A model generated the notes under the pieces. It saw nothing but the letters and a program-made list of their open reading frames with translations. It was not told the origin of the DNA and did not search any database. Of a stretch of DNA of 64,000 bases, positions 61,528-64,000 are shown piece after piece. Source of the DNA: Candidatus Methylomirabilia bacterium (GTDB taxonomy: Bacteria > Methylomirabilota > Methylomirabilia > Rokubacteriales > CSP1-6); NCBI GenBank assembly GCA_046758965.1, contig JBHIBG010000003.1:13829-77828 (forward strand). The letters are read 5' to 3'. Every line of letters starts with the position of its first letter. Positions within the stretch are counted from its first letter, which is position 1. The translations under genes and the position numbers were made by a program.

Positions 61528-61828
61528 AGTCACCAACGTGTCGCAGCATGGGTTCTGGCTTCTCGTAGGCGGCCGTGAGCTCTTCCTGCCCTTCGAGAAG
61601 TTCCCCTGGTTCAAGCGTGCGCCGGTCGGTCAGCTCCTGAGAGTCGAGCAGCCGCATCCCATGCATCTGTATTGGCCTGACCTTGACGTAGATCTGGCCG
61701 TCGAGTCGATCGAGTTCCCGGAACGTTTCCCTCTAGTGAGTCGAGCACGGCCTAGCAACGCGCTCCAGCGGCCGCGCACGAGGCGGGCTCCTGGCAAGGG
61801 GAAAAGGGGTCGCCGCGCGCGCCGCTGA
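61481..61828 (+). CDS. DUF2442 family protein (partner of DUF4160)
   Basis: EVEVTNVSQHGFWLLVGGRELFLPFEKFPWFKRAPVGQLLRVEQ...LYWPDLDVDLAVESI. It overlaps the DUF4160 gene. The start is uncertain: 61481 or 61487. Confidence 0.6.
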   Translation: MTMRSALRGRSISEVEVTNVSQHGFWLLVGGRELFLPFEKFPWFKRAPVGQLLRVEQPHPMHLYWPDLDVDLAVESIEFPERFPLVSRARPSNALQRPRTRRAPGKGKRGRRARR

Positions 61829-62329
61829 GCTTGCTCGCGGCTTCGCCACACAAGCTCGCTCAGCGGCTTAACCGCGACGCCGTTCCCATGAGCCTTGGGC
61901 TCACCTGTGCGTCATGAAAATGGCCTTGGCCATGGGGTTCCGCGGCTTTAACAGGATTTCAGGCAGTTACAGCTCTATTTTCTAAGCAGGTTCCTGACTC
62001 GCAAATTGAGAGCGCAGGCAACAGAACAGGCATTCTCAGGCCTTCTGGAGGGACGGCCAGGGCACCCCCCAAGGTACCGGACCAAGGCACGGGGCGGATG
62101 AAAAGCCTGTCAGGGCGAAAAGCTGACGACGGGTGGAGGCACCCGACGGCGAGAGGTGGGCCCGGCCCCGTCGGTGGACGCGCCACGAGCGTGGCGGCGG
62201 CATCTGCACGACGGAGCGCGGCGGAGGGCTAGGCTAGGTCCGAGCAGCTCGGTCAGGAGGCATATGGGAGAAGAGGTCACGGGGGTGGACAGCAGGCCTT
62301 GCAAGAGGGCCGGGCCTTCGCGCGGGGGA

Positions 62330-62513
62330 CCACCTGCTGGATCTGGCGGACCGCCTCCTTGAGGCGTGCGAGGGCGGGGGGGCTACCGGATGACGAACTC
62401 GAGCCGACGATGCGCCTGGCGCAGGGCTGCGTCGACTTCCCCGGGGCTCTCGGCTCTCGCAAAGATGAACCCGAGGTACTGCCAGCCCTCCGGAGGCGGC
62501 ATCAGCTCCTGCC
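62330..62513. repeat. ~183-bp direct repeat, copy 2 (native 3' end of ATP-grasp gene plus duplicated 3' fragment of ARH gene)
   Basis: Contains ...HLLDLADRLLEACEGGGATG* (an ARH C-terminal fragment, plus strand) and the authentic ATP-grasp C-terminus on the minus strand. Confidence 0.8.
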
Positions 62514-63612
62514 CGAGGTGGGCCGTGATGGCAACCTCCTCGATCCCCGGCACCCGCCGGGCCGCCTCCAGGCCCCGGACCTCCTCGAGCACCCCCCGCC
62601 GGGGAATCGGGATCATCATCACACCCGCGGAGCGGCGCTCGCGCTCCAGCGAGGCGACCTCCTTCCCCAGAGCATGGTAGAGGATCAGCTCTTCGAGCGA
62701 CAGGCCCGTGCCGAAGCGGAGAGCGCGGGAGCAGAGGCCGCCGATGGAGCGGGCGGCGATCTCGATCATCCAGGGGCCCCGGTCGTTCACGCGAAGCTCG
62801 GCGTGAACCGGCCCCTCCCAGAGCCCCAGCGCTGTGGCGGCCCGCGCGCTGCAGTCGATCACCGCCGCCTGGCGCTCAGCCGACAGACGCGAGGGCGTGA
62901 GGTAAATCGTCTCCTCAAAGAACGGGCCGTCAAGGGGATCGGGCTTGTCAAACAGCGCCAGGACGTGAAGCTCCCCCTTCATGAGGAGCCCTTCGAGGGC
63001 CACCTCCACCCCCGGCACGAACTCCTCCACGAGCACCTGGCGGGCCTCCCCGCCCACGGCGGCGACCTCCGCACTCCGGAGAATCGCCTCGAGCCGGCGG
63101 AAGGCGGCAACGAACTGATCAGGGCCGTCGGCACGGATCACCCCGCGGCTCGCCGCGAGGATCGTGGGCTTGACCACGCAGGGATAGGCGACCTGCTCCG
63201 CAACAGCCGTCGGGTCATCCTCGAGAGAGAAGAGCGTGTGGCGGGGCACCGGCACCCCAGCCTGCTGGAGGAGCCGCCGCATCGTGAACTTGTTGCGCGC
63301 GGCCTGCGCCGACTCGACGGAGTTGAACGGCAACCCCAGCGCCTCGGCCGCGGCGGCGGCGACCACCGTCGTCAGATCGTCGACCGGGACGACGCCATCA
63401 ATGGGGTGCTGCGTGGCGAACTCCGCCACCTCACGAGCGGCCTTCGCAGGGTCACGGAAGTCAAGCGTCAGGAGGCGGTCCGGATTCCGCTCTTGAAACG
63501 AGCTCGCATGCTCCGAGGCCACGACGACCTCTACGCCGAGCGCGTCGGCCGCTTTGACGAATGCCTCCGTCCGATAGGTCGTGGTCGGGATCAGCAGGAG
63601 CAGCCGGGGCAT
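62383..63612 (-). CDS. ATP-grasp domain protein (carboxylate-amine ligase-like)
   Basis: 409-aa protein with a pre-ATP-grasp domain and an ATP-grasp domain (YPCVVKP ... EEFVPGVEVALEGLL ... PVHAELRVNDRGPWMIEIAARSIGG). Confidence 0.8.
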   Translation of the reverse strand: MPRLLLLIPTTTYRTEAFVKAADALGVEVVVASEHASSFQERNPDRLLTLDFRDPAKAAREVAEFATQHPIDGVVPVDDLTTVVAAAAAEALGLPFNSVESAQAARNKFTMRRLLQQAGVPVPRHTLFSLEDDPTAVAEQVAYPCVVKPTILAASRGVIRADGPDQFVAAFRRLEAILRSAEVAAVGGEARQVLVEEFVPGVEVALEGLLMKGELHVLALFDKPDPLDGPFFEETIYLTPSRLSAERQAAVIDCSARAATALGLWEGPVHAELRVNDRGPWMIEIAARSIGGLCSRALRFGTGLSLEELILYHALGKEVASLERERRSAGVMMIPIPRRGVLEEVRGLEAARRVPGIEEVAITAHLGQELMPPPEGWQYLGFIFARAESPGEVDAALRQAHRRLEFVIR

Positions 63613-63616
63613 GCTC

Positions 63617-63916
63617 CTACATCTTGCCCGGCGTGTAGTAGGGATTGTTCCCTGAGCCGTGGTCGGTGACGTCGAGCACCTCGGTGATTTCGGGGACCTC
63701 CTCGAAGATCAACCGCTCGATCCCCTGCTTCAGGGTCACGTCAGCCATCCCGCACCCCTGGCAGCCCCCGCCCATCCTGATGAACGCGGTGTTGTCCTTG
63801 ACGTCGAGCAGCTCGACGTATCCCCCGTGCATTCCCACCGCGGGATTGATCGAGTCGTCGAAGAGCTTCTGCATCTTCTCCTTGAGCTCGAGCTCCTTGT
63901 CTCCGGCCATCGTCAT
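63617..63916 (-). CDS. NifU-like (Nfu) Fe-S cluster scaffold domain protein
   Basis: 99-aa protein with the CxxC motif GGGCQGCGMADVTL typical of the Nfu C-terminal domain. It lies 4 nt upstream of the ATP-grasp gene on the same strand. Confidence 0.8.
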   Translation of the reverse strand: MTMAGDKELELKEKMQKLFDDSINPAVGMHGGYVELLDVKDNTAFIRMGGGCQGCGMADVTLKQGIERLIFEEVPEITEVLDVTDHGSGNNPYYTPGKM

Positions 63917-64000
63917 CCTCCTTTAGACGTAAAGGTCAAGGGGGCCAAACTGGCCCTCCGTTGGCTCCGCTCAGCAGAACCAGGGTTCAGTCAGGCGGGG

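Overview
This is a high-GC bacterial chromosomal window, possibly from a Rokubacteria- or Deltaproteobacteria-like genome; that assignment is a guess. No rRNA, tRNA or CRISPR arrays were found.

From the left, all on the minus strand:
- TRAP transporter permeases (dctM, dctQ-like) and a fused indolepyruvate:ferredoxin oxidoreductase.
- A retropepsin-like protease.
- hisZ-purA with a histidine-phosphatase-family gene.
- serA plus a class-V aminotransferase.
- A complete dcw (division and cell wall) cluster: mraZ-rsmH-ftsL-ftsI-murE-murF-mraY-murD-ftsW-murC-murB-ftsQ-ftsA-ftsZ. It notably lacks murG and ddl.
- Continuing downstream of ftsZ on the same strand: the ylm-type genes pgeF, yggS, proC, yggT and divIVA. 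They are interrupted by a plus-strand secreted nuclease and a low-GC ORFan.
- Then mtnA, translationally coupled to a SagB/ThcOx-type dehydrogenase.

The plus strand carries a haloalkane dehalogenase and a HigB/HigA-like toxin-antitoxin (TA) pair.

The middle section is catabolic: an M48 lipoprotein peptidase, 3-hydroxyacyl-CoA dehydrogenase, an amidase, an aldehyde dehydrogenase, a LivKHMGF-type ABC importer, a VOC-family (glyoxalase-like) protein and fumC.

The right ~11 kb (about 53.2-64 kb) is a mosaic accessory region:
- A compact SNF2-family helicase is translationally coupled to a 355-aa zinc-ribbon protein. The pair sits in a ~5 kb segment bracketed by ~38-bp direct repeats that copy the 3' end of an osmC gene.
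- The segment also holds a 5'-truncated, frameshifted integron-integrase (IntI) remnant, a TA cassette with a degraded RelE/ParE toxin followed by an attC-like site, and a truncated ORF.
- The osmC gene has an in-frame TGA exactly at the peroxidatic-Cys codon, followed by a hairpin. This makes it a candidate selenoprotein; a pseudogene is the alternative.
- An ADP-ribosylglycohydrolase gene follows.
- A ~183-bp direct repeat brackets a 2.35 kb insertion that carries an IS91-family transposase remnant and a DUF4160/DUF2442 pair.
- A Nfu-ATP-grasp operon closes the window.

Coordinates of non-ORF features are approximate (±2 nt).
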